A DNA stretch of 42,113 nt from Flavobacteriaceae bacterium. Its GTDB lineage: Bacteria > Bacteroidota > Bacteroidia > Flavobacteriales > Flavobacteriaceae. How positions within the stretch are numbered: position 1 is the stretch's first letter; every line of letters starts with the position of its first letter. The stretch is from contig JABGSU010000208.1 of assembly GCA_018647605.1 (NCBI GenBank), positions 1-42,113 of the forward strand, written 5' to 3'. A program made the translations under genes and the position numbers. The notes under the pieces are model-generated. The model made no database searches. It was not told the DNA's origin and was given only the letters and a program-made list of their open reading frames with translations. Below, piece after piece: positions 21,001 through 29,163 of the stretch.

Positions 21001-21219
21001 ATACGAAAAAACCAAGGTGGTTCCAACTGATACATTATTTAAAGTAAAGTTGCCATCAAAATCAGTAGTAGTCCCTTTGGTAGTGTCTTTTATTATTACA
21101 GTAGCACCTATTATTGGGGAATTTGTGCTTTGGTCAAAAATAATACCTCTAAAGTCACCTTGGGCTGAAAGGGATGTTACACAAAGAAATAAGAAAAAGG
21201 TAATTACGCTTCTTAACAT
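18013..21219 (-). CDS. susC: SusC/RagA family TonB-dependent outer-membrane transporter
   Basis: 1068-aa ORF. It has an N-terminal carboxypeptidase-regulatory-like domain (GATVIIKDTTKGTTTDFDGNF), a plug region (VVLVGYGSQSKKEVTGAVSVL) and a terminal Phe. It is 5 nt upstream of susD. Confidence 0.92.
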   Translation of the reverse strand: MLRSVITFFLFLCVTSLSAQGDFRGIIFDQSTNSPIIGATVIIKDTTKGTTTDFDGNFTLNNVSVGTTLVFSYLGYNSQEIVVDENNNNITVYLEPSTSELSEVVLVGYGSQSKKEVTGAVSVLGSKDIEKLNPVRVEQAIQGQVAGVNVTTASGSPGSGVNIRIRGISTNGDSRPLILVDGNIIEDLSVINPNDIKSINILKDATAGIYGVQGANGVILIETKTGRKNTPIRVNVDSYYGFQNTSKKVDLIENAYDYANFINNASVNGGGRIKFNTIENRRLVFGLKDPNNPIETFTDWQDAVFETAAIHNTNVGFNGGTEKLAYSFGASYLDQDGIVGLEKSNYTRTTARFNLQYDIFDKIKLSGSAIYTNSTKNNLIESSIGSVLYSALNIDPFTPVRSTDPNGNGYGETLVSAREVVNPIAMIENTYNTSRIDKISTTFGISYNITKGLKLESKFQHNHAAVLTNIFLPVFNYGPGKQGTVEDNPNIIKDDGNSVTDNVDFYEDYKWENFITYSKEFDESHKINALIGTSIQEFKGLFTGRSGRGLINNRNSIEEAIFAYVPPENIRKRFNEIQIADGENKFISRLESIFARIQYTYNDKYLLSAVLRRDGSSKFGKVNRYGYFPSGSLGWNISEENFLRNNSTVSYLKLRASYGVIGSDRIDLNRFISLLDGEALYTNNDELDADDVLMGKAIGGLSNPEIRWENTVSGNIGIDAKFLDNDLSFSLDVFSKKTNDLLVQANVSGVLGAAAPGSSPPIINAGDVLNEGFEALISYNKAINDNLRFNVSYNFSKLYNEVVYVGSTEGFLEGGSFMVGENLRTSRMEAGHPIGYFYGYKTDGVYQNQAEIDALNFNAPVPTNGGTKVYHTNAKPGDLKFVDVNGDNTITVEDKTYLGDPIPDMTMGLTFGINYKNMDFSASSFASLGNDLVRDYERKNLYSNKGSYVMDSWTTTNLSNTVPRPVNGASVSFDNFSDYFVEDASYLRIQNIQFGYTFKETILQQFAIKKCRIYLSGNNLFTFTNYKGYDPSAVGGGTDGKGEPIGSGIDKGFYPVAKTFLIGTSLNF

Positions 21220-21468
21220 GTTTATTTGGATATTGGTGGTTTTTTACTTTTATAAATTTAAATGGGTAAATTGAAAATAAAAGAATTTTAATTACAACAA
21301 AATTTATACAAATTTTTAGATATGAAAACAATTTTGTTTAAGTCTGTATAAAATGGTTTTAACAATTATAAAATATGATTAAATTGGCAATATTTACCAA
21401 AATATTTTTTATATAAAAATGAATTATGTATAGGTAAAGTATAGGTGAAAATCAAAGGGAAATGACCT

Positions 21469-24264
21469 CTACAAATTTACAAAGTGGTCGACAATACTCT
21501 CATCTCTCGAAAGATTCATTTTTTTTCTAAGCCTGTATCTTTTGATCTCAACACTTCTTACTGATATATTCAATAGAGGTGCTATTTCTTTTGAAAGAAG
21601 GTTTAATCTTAAGAAAGCACACAGTCTTAAATCGTTGTGCGTCAGAGTAGGATGGGCTTTTTTAACTTTTTTCAAAAAATCTTTATCGGCATTGTTAAAG
21701 GCCTTTTCAAAAAACTCCCAATCTTCATTTCCCTTGAGGTTTTTTTTGATCATTTTGGTCAATCGGTCAATTCTAGGGTGGGAATCGAGTGTCTTCAACT
21801 CATTTATGATCTTATTCAAGAACTCATTACGCTTTACAGTACTCATAGTAGCTATTGCAATCTCTCTATTCTTATTTTCAATATCGTTCTGTAATTGCTC
21901 ATTTCGAATCTTCATGAGTTTTCTTTGGCTTGCCAAATCATTTATTTGGAGTTTTCGCTGATTTCTCTTGATTAGCTTTTGGCGTTCACGCTCGTAAAAA
22001 GCATCATAAAGTCTATTGATAATGAATAGTATTGAAATCGCTAATAAAATATAGAATACATACATCCATCGGGAGAGATGCCAAGGTGGAGAGATTTTAA
22101 AGTTAAACTGACTCACCCCTGAAGCTTGGTCTCCAATCTTCGATCGAACAGAAAAATTATAAGATCCACTGGGTAGATTTGAATATGAAACATTAGAGGC
22201 ATTCGACCATGAACTCCACAACAAATCATATCCTTCCAGACGGTATTGATATTTGACCTGTTGGTATTTCTGGTAGTGAGTAGCTGTGTAAAAGAATTGA
22301 ATACTATTTCTTTCAAAATCCAACTCAATGTCATTCTTCAAGGGGATCTGCATTAAATTTTGAAAATTGTCTTTTACTACAATGTTATCTATTGCTATTC
22401 TAGGCTGGATATTTTTTATTTTATCCCTATCCAACAAAAGATACCCTACCCCAGAGGCAATGAGATATTTTGAATTATCATATTTACTAATGTGCTCAAA
22501 ACCCAAGACATTTTTTCGCGTATTATTTTCAAAAAAGACGGATTCAAACTTTAACTCTTCAGAGAATACCTCTCTTCTTAAAAAATGAATTCTATTTTTT
22601 GAAAACATCCAGAGTCTTCCATTGTCATCATTGATCATTTTTCCAGTAAGATAATCCTCTGGCTTAATTTTAGTTGACAATTGAGAATCTTTTAAGAATT
22701 TTAATTGTTCTGCTTCGTATTTGAAAATACCTTTGGGACTGAAATAAAATATTTCATCGTCAAATTTGGCCAAGCCAGCATGAACTCCCTTTTCAACCGA
22801 GGTGTCCATTTCAGTCCGAATGACCCTATTGAATGATGAGTTGATCGATAGTCTAAAAACACCTTTGTACTCGTGGCCCACCAAAAGCGTAGAATCGTTT
22901 ACGACTTCGAAAAACCTAGAGGAGATATTGAATCCAGACAGTTTGTTTTTATACTGCCATTGATTGTTTTGTTTTTGAAGGACATGAATTCCATTGTAAT
23001 TTCCTTGAAGTAATAGGTCATCAGATTTTGGGTGTTTTTTGAAATTCCAGGCACCAGCAACATCACTGATCTTAATAGCCTTTGAATCATGCACATAAAA
23101 AGTTCCTAAATCATGACCACAAAACAGGTCACCATCAAGGTTGGATAAATTCCATACCTGTCCCTCTGTACCTTCAATCATTTTAAGATCTTCTTCTCCG
23201 TCTTTTACCCTGTAATAGAGTCCATGATTGGTTCCCAAATAAAAATAATCTCCTCGCTTGGCCGAGGCATATACTGCTCCGATCTTACCTATATTGTCAT
23301 TGTATTCTGAAAAAGGTGAATCGACATTGATACAGTCTATACCATTGTCCAATCCCAACCACAGGTTTTTATTTTGATCTTCGAAAAGTGATAATATGGT
23401 GTTGTTGGAAATCCCCTTGGACCCATTAAGTTCCATTATAGTTTTACCCTCAGCATCAATCCATATGAGACCCCGAGCAATTGAACCCAAGGCAAAACTC
23501 CCATCAGACAATCTGAGTGAGCTGTATAATTTAAATCCTTTAAGGCTTTTTTCGCCTTCTATTTCCCATTTTTTGAGCTGTCCATTTTCCAAAAGAAAAA
23601 AACCAGACTGATCGGTAAGAATTAAAAGTTTGCCTTGTTTTTTATACAATCCTACAATTACATTGTCTTTTAAAACTTGATTATTGTTGACTAAAAATGC
23701 CTTACCGCTTTTGACTTCAAACAAGCCCTTTCCTGCTTCCTGAAAATAGATTTTATTACCAACTTTATAGGACTTTAATAGGGTATTCTCTGTGGGAACG
23801 AATTGTGTTTTTTTATTACCTACATCTGTGATGATGAGTCGATTTAGGGATTGAAAAATTATTTTTTCTCCATAATCGATAATATTCCAAAATTGCTCGT
23901 CCTCTAAAATCGTAATATTCAATTCATTTGCCAAAGAGGTATAATGCAGTTCACCGTTGGGGTGGCGTTCCCAAAAACCAAAATCCATATAACTTCCTAC
24001 ACAGATTTTTTCATCGATTACTTTGACAGATCTAACAATGGATTGGTTGGGACTTGTATTTAATTTCCAATCGGTTCCTCTAAACTGCAACAAGCCCTTG
24101 TTATTGGCCATAAACAAGGTTCCCTTCTGATCTTGAGAAATCATCCAATTTTGATTCCCCGCAAAAGCAATCTGAGGTTTGTAATGTTTAATGGGAGGGA
24201 TCTCTTGTGCGACCAACCCCTCAATAAAAATAAAGACCAAAATCAAAACGGCATTTTTCATCAT
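21469..24264 (-). CDS. transmembrane one-component PUL regulator: periplasmic beta-propeller repeats + Y_Y_Y domain, one TM helix, cytoplasmic LuxR/GerE-type HTH
   Basis: 931-aa ORF with an N-terminal signal. It carries a Y_Y_Y signature (VKYQYRLEGYDLLWSSW), a TM segment (WMYVFYILLAISILFIINRLY) and a C-terminal HTH (LSKEIAPLLNISVRSVEIKRYRLRKKM). I see no histidine-kinase or receiver motifs. Confidence 0.8.
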   Translation of the reverse strand: MMKNAVLILVFIFIEGLVAQEIPPIKHYKPQIAFAGNQNWMISQDQKGTLFMANNKGLLQFRGTDWKLNTSPNQSIVRSVKVIDEKICVGSYMDFGFWERHPNGELHYTSLANELNITILEDEQFWNIIDYGEKIIFQSLNRLIITDVGNKKTQFVPTENTLLKSYKVGNKIYFQEAGKGLFEVKSGKAFLVNNNQVLKDNVIVGLYKKQGKLLILTDQSGFFLLENGQLKKWEIEGEKSLKGFKLYSSLRLSDGSFALGSIARGLIWIDAEGKTIMELNGSKGISNNTILSLFEDQNKNLWLGLDNGIDCINVDSPFSEYNDNIGKIGAVYASAKRGDYFYLGTNHGLYYRVKDGEEDLKMIEGTEGQVWNLSNLDGDLFCGHDLGTFYVHDSKAIKISDVAGAWNFKKHPKSDDLLLQGNYNGIHVLQKQNNQWQYKNKLSGFNISSRFFEVVNDSTLLVGHEYKGVFRLSINSSFNRVIRTEMDTSVEKGVHAGLAKFDDEIFYFSPKGIFKYEAEQLKFLKDSQLSTKIKPEDYLTGKMINDDNGRLWMFSKNRIHFLRREVFSEELKFESVFFENNTRKNVLGFEHISKYDNSKYLIASGVGYLLLDRDKIKNIQPRIAIDNIVVKDNFQNLMQIPLKNDIELDFERNSIQFFYTATHYQKYQQVKYQYRLEGYDLLWSSWSNASNVSYSNLPSGSYNFSVRSKIGDQASGVSQFNFKISPPWHLSRWMYVFYILLAISILFIINRLYDAFYERERQKLIKRNQRKLQINDLASQRKLMKIRNEQLQNDIENKNREIAIATMSTVKRNEFLNKIINELKTLDSHPRIDRLTKMIKKNLKGNEDWEFFEKAFNNADKDFLKKVKKAHPTLTHNDLRLCAFLRLNLLSKEIAPLLNISVRSVEIKRYRLRKKMNLSRDESIVDHFVNL

Positions 24265-24438
24265 CTAATGAGAATTTTCCTCAGTATTAATTTTTACACA
24301 AAAGTAAGATATGAATTTTTTAAGTTGCGATGGAGGTATATAAATGTCATAAAGAAGTTTATTATTTACAAAACATACGTTGTAAAACAACGGGGAGCCA
24401 AACTTTATCTATATTTAATGAGATAATCATAAGAAACC

Positions 24439-25284
24439 ATGGATAAATACATACTATTTTTTATCATTATTTTTAATACTAATTTGTGGGGACAAGATAT
24501 CATTACCCTTGAATATGACAACACTGGCCTTGATTATAAAGGACCTGAATTAAAAACAAAAGGTTATTCAAACAATCAATACAAATTTAAAAACATCTCC
24601 ATTCCTACCTTACATGTATTTCTCCCTTCGGTAAGCACCCGAGCTACCACTGCCATAGTTATCTGTCCTGGTGGAGGCATGCGTTCCAATGCTTTTTTTC
24701 ATGAGGGTATTGACGTGGCAAAAGCTTTGAATAATAAAGGGATTGCAGCTTTTGTTTTAAAATACCGATTGGTTCCAACACATCTAATCAAAAAAAAAGA
24801 AGGACTTAACGAACCTTATACAAAAGAGAAAAAACAACTTACCTATGGGCATTTGGATGCCCTTAATGCGATTGCACATATTAGGAAGAATAAGATGAAA
24901 TACAATATTGATCCCGATAAGATCGGTATCATGGGGTTCTCTGCCGGAGGAGCGGTTTCTATTGAAGCTACTTACAAGTCGGAAGAGTACAATCGACCCA
25001 ATTTTGTAGCACCCATCTATCCATGGATGGTTATTGTAGAGGATCAAGAGCCTCCTTCCTACGGTCCTCCCTTGTTTGTAGTATGTACCACTGCAGATAA
25101 ATTAAAACTCGCCATACCCAGTGCGGAACTCTATATCGATTGGGCAGAAAAAGGTTTTATTAGCGAACTCCATAATTATCAAAATGGGGACCACGGCTTT
25201 GGCATGAAAAAGACAGGTTATCCAGTAGACAATTGGTTTAATAATATGGTAGATTGGATAACAGCCATTGGAATGCTCAATTGA
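24439..25284 (+). CDS. secreted alpha/beta-hydrolase (esterase, carbohydrate-esterase-like)
   Basis: 281-aa ORF with an oxyanion-type CPGGGM, the nucleophile elbow GFSAGG (GxSxG) and a late GDHGF His. It is divergent from the PUL regulator. Confidence 0.7.
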   Translation: MDKYILFFIIIFNTNLWGQDIITLEYDNTGLDYKGPELKTKGYSNNQYKFKNISIPTLHVFLPSVSTRATTAIVICPGGGMRSNAFFHEGIDVAKALNNKGIAAFVLKYRLVPTHLIKKKEGLNEPYTKEKKQLTYGHLDALNAIAHIRKNKMKYNIDPDKIGIMGFSAGGAVSIEATYKSEEYNRPNFVAPIYPWMVIVEDQEPPSYGPPLFVVCTTADKLKLAIPSAELYIDWAEKGFISELHNYQNGDHGFGMKKTGYPVDNWFNNMVDWITAIGMLN

Positions 25285-28011
25285 TTATATCTTCTTTTTT
25301 TTATTGCTTTTCCCTCCGATGGCTGTTAGGTCGTAAGTAATTTGAAATACAATATACCTCGGCTGAATGATATAGGAGTTGGTCGTAAAAGAGAATTGAT
25401 TGAAACTATCCCTGTTGATCTGGGTGTCATTGAGTAAGTTGGTCGCACTTACACCAAATTCCCATTTAGACCCCTGGGGAGTGTATGACAAATCGGCTTC
25501 CAAAAAACGGTACTCGTTTAGTGTTTGTTCCTCATTGCGGTAAAAGTTATAGGTGTATTTTGCATTGAAAACAAATCCCTTTAAGAAATAGGCATCTAGA
25601 CGAACATAGGGCGCATCTGTGAAAAATTTGCTTTCAACATTTCCTGTTTTATAATCTCTGATGCTATAGGTATAGCCAACTTCAATATTGGGTTTGATCC
25701 TGAAATTAGTGGCAATATTTAATCGGTATCGCTGGGTAAAATTACTAGATGCTGTAGGCGTGTTGTTGATGACATTATTAAAATCACTGTAATTGTAATT
25801 GATACTGGCACCGCCTTTGAAATTTTTAGATCTTTTGTCAATTCGACCAGAGGCAGTATAAATCTCACGAGGAAAATTGGAGTTGGAAGCGGATCTTACG
25901 CTATTAATTCCCGCAACGGAGGTGGTATTCTGAATGGCATTGTCTCTTACAGAGTAACTTAGGTTGGCAAATATGTTGGTGAAATTAAAAATATTGATGC
26001 TTTGATAATTCAGATTGACCACATCAAAAAAGGCCGCTTCCAAATTGGGATTTCCCTGAAAAAAGGAGTTGTAGTTCCTAAAAATATACCCCTCAGCCAA
26101 TTGATTAATGTCTGTGAACTGTCGGGTAGAGCGATAAAGAAGTCTTAGAGTTTCAGCATCTTTTAACTTCATCAAAATGCGTAAATCTGGTCGAAAAAAG
26201 GCAAAAGTATTGTCTATAGTATTCTCTGATTGCTCGTTCACCGTCTTGTAAGAATGTAATATAATACCAGGGTCAAAAGTGAAAATCCCAGAGATGAAGC
26301 GATAATGTAAAGCAGCATATACATCCCGAAAATGAAATGAAACATCATTGATCAAATTATCTTCAAAAAAATACTGATTGGTATTGTTGTCTAAAATCTG
26401 AAAAATAGAAGAGTTAAAATCTTGTTTTACATCGGTTAATCCGAAAGTAAAATTCAAATTGGCCCTAGGAGAAAGAATATAGTAATAGTCCAATTTACCT
26501 TCAACTTTATCAGTTTTAGCTTGTCGCTCCTGATTGATATTAAAGTTCTCTTGGTCAACATTTAGATTCAACAAACCACCAAAAGGTTGGAATTGCTTAA
26601 TAGCCCGGTAAAAAGGATCCTCTTTTTGCGTCAAATGTTGTAACTCCAATGAGAAAATATGTTCTTCGTTATGGGTAAGGTACATTCTCAACTCTTGGTT
26701 GATGGAATAGGGGTTTTGAACCCTATATTGTCCTATTTGTTCGGGAATCCTTTGTCCTTCTCGTCGCGAAATAGTGGTCAAACCTGAGATTTCATTTTGA
26801 TTGGTTGTTTTGTAAAGTAAGTTGTATTCTGTCTTTAGGTTTTCGTTGGGGTTGAATTCTGTAGTGAACTTATACAACTGTTGTTCATACTCTTGAGTGG
26901 TAATCTCAGAGGTTTCCTCCAACGCATTAGAAACAGTATACTGTCTGGTATTTTTTTCCTCTAATTGATTTTCAGCTCTCGAATAAATCGTAAATCCACT
27001 AAATTCTAGAGATTCAGAAGGCGCATAACTAAAGTTGTAGGCCCCAAACTGTGAATCAATTGATTTAGCCCTGTTGTTTTGTAAATTAGTGATACCAGCA
27101 TCATCGGTACTGATGTTAATAGAAGTTCCCGTTCTGGCATTTAGATTGTTAAAACCTCCTTCAAAACGGTAAAAATCCCTTCGGGAAAGAGGTGGCTCTC
27201 CAATATTGTTACTGTTACCCAATAGGTTCATGCTCAGGTCTTTGGAGTAGTAAAAGACTTTAGGAGCGGCAATGAATCGGTCGTCGTTGCCAAGACCACC
27301 TCCAAGCTCGCCAAACCAAAATTTATCCTTTCCACTTTTTAGACTGATATTGATGGCCACATTGTCTTCGTTATTGGTAACACTTCTCAATTGATTGACT
27401 TCAGAGAAATTCCGCAATACTTCTACTTTACCTACTGCATTGGCAGGTAGGTTTTGGGTCGCCAATTTGGAATCTCCATCAAAAAAATCTTTCCCCTCTA
27501 CCGTGATTTTGGTCACTTCTTTTCCCTCCACCTCTATTCGACCTTCATCATTGACCTCTATACCTGGCATATTTTTGAGAACATCTTCAAGTTTTCTTTC
27601 TGAGCCTGTATTGAAAGAATCTGCATTGTAGATAATAGTGTCTCCTTTGATGATAACGGGCATCTCATAAACCAATTCTACCTCATCCAAGGATTCTGCT
27701 TGTGCCTCTAAAACAAAGTTTTTTTTAATGTTATCTTGCTCATTAAAATTAAAAGCTACTTCTTTCAATCCTATAAACGTTATTTTGATTTCGTAATCTG
27801 TTCCTTTTTTTAGGGTCAACCTGTAAAAACCTACATCATTCGAAATTCCAAAACCATCAAGGATATTGGTTTCTTTTTCAACAGCAACAATATTGGCTCC
27901 CATAATGGGTACACCATCGCTATCTCTGATGACTCCTTCTAAATCAATATTTTGAGCAAAAGAAAAGGTGAAGATGAATAGGAAAAAACCTAATAAAAAT
28001 ATTTTTCTCAA
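25285..28011 (-). CDS. outer-membrane beta-barrel protein with a carboxypeptidase-regulatory-like N-domain (TonB-dependent-receptor-like, OMP_b-brl_3 type)
   Basis: 908-aa ORF with a signal peptide and a CarbopepD_reg-like start (GVIRDSDGVPIMGANIVAVEKE). LEDVLKNMPGIEVNDEGRIEVEGKEV is the motif usual for this family. A long region of alternating beta-strand character follows. Confidence 0.7.
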   Translation of the reverse strand: MRKIFLLGFFLFIFTFSFAQNIDLEGVIRDSDGVPIMGANIVAVEKETNILDGFGISNDVGFYRLTLKKGTDYEIKITFIGLKEVAFNFNEQDNIKKNFVLEAQAESLDEVELVYEMPVIIKGDTIIYNADSFNTGSERKLEDVLKNMPGIEVNDEGRIEVEGKEVTKITVEGKDFFDGDSKLATQNLPANAVGKVEVLRNFSEVNQLRSVTNNEDNVAINISLKSGKDKFWFGELGGGLGNDDRFIAAPKVFYYSKDLSMNLLGNSNNIGEPPLSRRDFYRFEGGFNNLNARTGTSINISTDDAGITNLQNNRAKSIDSQFGAYNFSYAPSESLEFSGFTIYSRAENQLEEKNTRQYTVSNALEETSEITTQEYEQQLYKFTTEFNPNENLKTEYNLLYKTTNQNEISGLTTISRREGQRIPEQIGQYRVQNPYSINQELRMYLTHNEEHIFSLELQHLTQKEDPFYRAIKQFQPFGGLLNLNVDQENFNINQERQAKTDKVEGKLDYYYILSPRANLNFTFGLTDVKQDFNSSIFQILDNNTNQYFFEDNLINDVSFHFRDVYAALHYRFISGIFTFDPGIILHSYKTVNEQSENTIDNTFAFFRPDLRILMKLKDAETLRLLYRSTRQFTDINQLAEGYIFRNYNSFFQGNPNLEAAFFDVVNLNYQSINIFNFTNIFANLSYSVRDNAIQNTTSVAGINSVRSASNSNFPREIYTASGRIDKRSKNFKGGASINYNYSDFNNVINNTPTASSNFTQRYRLNIATNFRIKPNIEVGYTYSIRDYKTGNVESKFFTDAPYVRLDAYFLKGFVFNAKYTYNFYRNEEQTLNEYRFLEADLSYTPQGSKWEFGVSATNLLNDTQINRDSFNQFSFTTNSYIIQPRYIVFQITYDLTAIGGKSNKKKKI

Positions 28012-28028
28012 TTTATTGTGATTTTAAA

Positions 28029-28859
28029 TTAACGAGGCCTAGGGCCATCTCCACCGCGACTTCTATTTCTTTGAAACATTTCTCTCATTTCTGCAATTTT
28101 ATCTTTGCGGATTTGCTCATACTCATCTAGTGCTACTTCGGTTCCTTTCTTGGGTTCTTTGATTTTTATTTTATCCTTAGGATTCATAACAACTTTGGTG
28201 CAAAGTATAGTGGTTTTGTCTGTATTAACCTCAAGAATAAGGCCAGGTAAGCCACCGTGTTTGTGCGGGCCTGTGGATACAGGAATCTGTGGGGTGAACC
28301 ATGCTGTTATATTGACGGTCTTCATTTTGGGTTTCCTGCTTTCCTGATTTTCGCTTTGTCGTCCAAACTGAAAAACTTCTTGGAATTCTTCTCTGGTGGT
28401 TGTGGCTTTATAGGCCGTATATTTTCCGATGGTCTTTGACTCTCCTGTTAGCATCCATTTACTTTCAGGCAAACTGTCTTTGATCAAAAAAAATTTTCCA
28501 AAAAGCTCCACTCGATTGGTAAAGGTTTTGGTACCATACTCTTTATGTAGAACCCCCTGAATAGGACTCATAAAAGACATAAAATTGAAACGACTATTTC
28601 CACCCGAAATATTCAATTTTTCCTGTTCGTAAAATAAGGAAACAGTACTGTTAAAGGTTAACTCATAATTCTTCTCCATACTGGATTTCATCCGATCCAT
28701 GATTCGTTTTTTTCTGTCTGGAGGCATATTTTTTCCAAAGTTAGGATCTATTGTCGTTTTTGACATATAGTAAGCTTTACCCTGAAATTCCTGAGCAACA
28801 CCAGTAAATGTTATTAATAAGGTTAAAAGTAGAAGGAAGTGGTTTTTCATCGATATCAA
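28029..28859 (-). CDS. GLPGLI family protein
   Basis: 276-aa ORF with a signal peptide and the eponymous motif GGLPGLILE. It is 17 nt downstream of the barrel gene on the same strand. Confidence 0.8.
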   Translation of the reverse strand: MISMKNHFLLLLTLLITFTGVAQEFQGKAYYMSKTTIDPNFGKNMPPDRKKRIMDRMKSSMEKNYELTFNSTVSLFYEQEKLNISGGNSRFNFMSFMSPIQGVLHKEYGTKTFTNRVELFGKFFLIKDSLPESKWMLTGESKTIGKYTAYKATTTREEFQEVFQFGRQSENQESRKPKMKTVNITAWFTPQIPVSTGPHKHGGLPGLILEVNTDKTTILCTKVVMNPKDKIKIKEPKKGTEVALDEYEQIRKDKIAEMREMFQRNRSRGGDGPRPR

Positions 28860-28992
28860 ATATTTATATTAATATAGACTGCTTTTCTAGCATAGGGTTT
28901 AATTCATTTTTTTTTTAGAAATTTAGAGAAATATTAATTGTGAATTGATTAAATAAAGTTTTAGTAATATTCAAAATTTTTAAAAAATCATT

Positions 28993-29163
28993 ATGGTTAA
29001 AAAAAGTATAGCAGATCAACAGAGTCGAAGAGGATTTGTGAAAAAAAACACATTTTCATTATTGCCTCTAATGATCTTGCCCAGTATTATACTATTTGCC
29101 AATCGACTTCTAAATTGTCATCCCCCAAGAAAAGGCTGGGAGGAATTTTATAAATTGGCTTAA
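28993..29163 (+). CDS. hypothetical 56-aa ORF with a twin-arginine-like N-terminus (below the ORF-track size cut-off)
   Basis: My translation is MVKKSIADQQSRRGFVKKNTFSLLPLMILPSIILFANRLLNCHPPRKGWEEFYKLA. SRRGFVKK followed by a hydrophobic stretch looks like a TAT signal. Its TAA overlaps the ATG of the EamA gene by 1 nt. Confidence 0.25.
   Translation: MVKKSIADQQSRRGFVKKNTFSLLPLMILPSIILFANRLLNCHPPRKGWEEFYKLA

Noticed and set aside
25282-25287. Convergent stop codons of the esterase (TGA 25282-25284) and the barrel protein (TAA, complement of 25285-25287) abut with zero spacing. I considered a mis-called end or a gene fusion.
   Set aside because: Both ORFs have sensible C-termini and independent motif support. 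Abutting convergent genes are unusual but not anomalous, and no evidence of a frameshift is seen.
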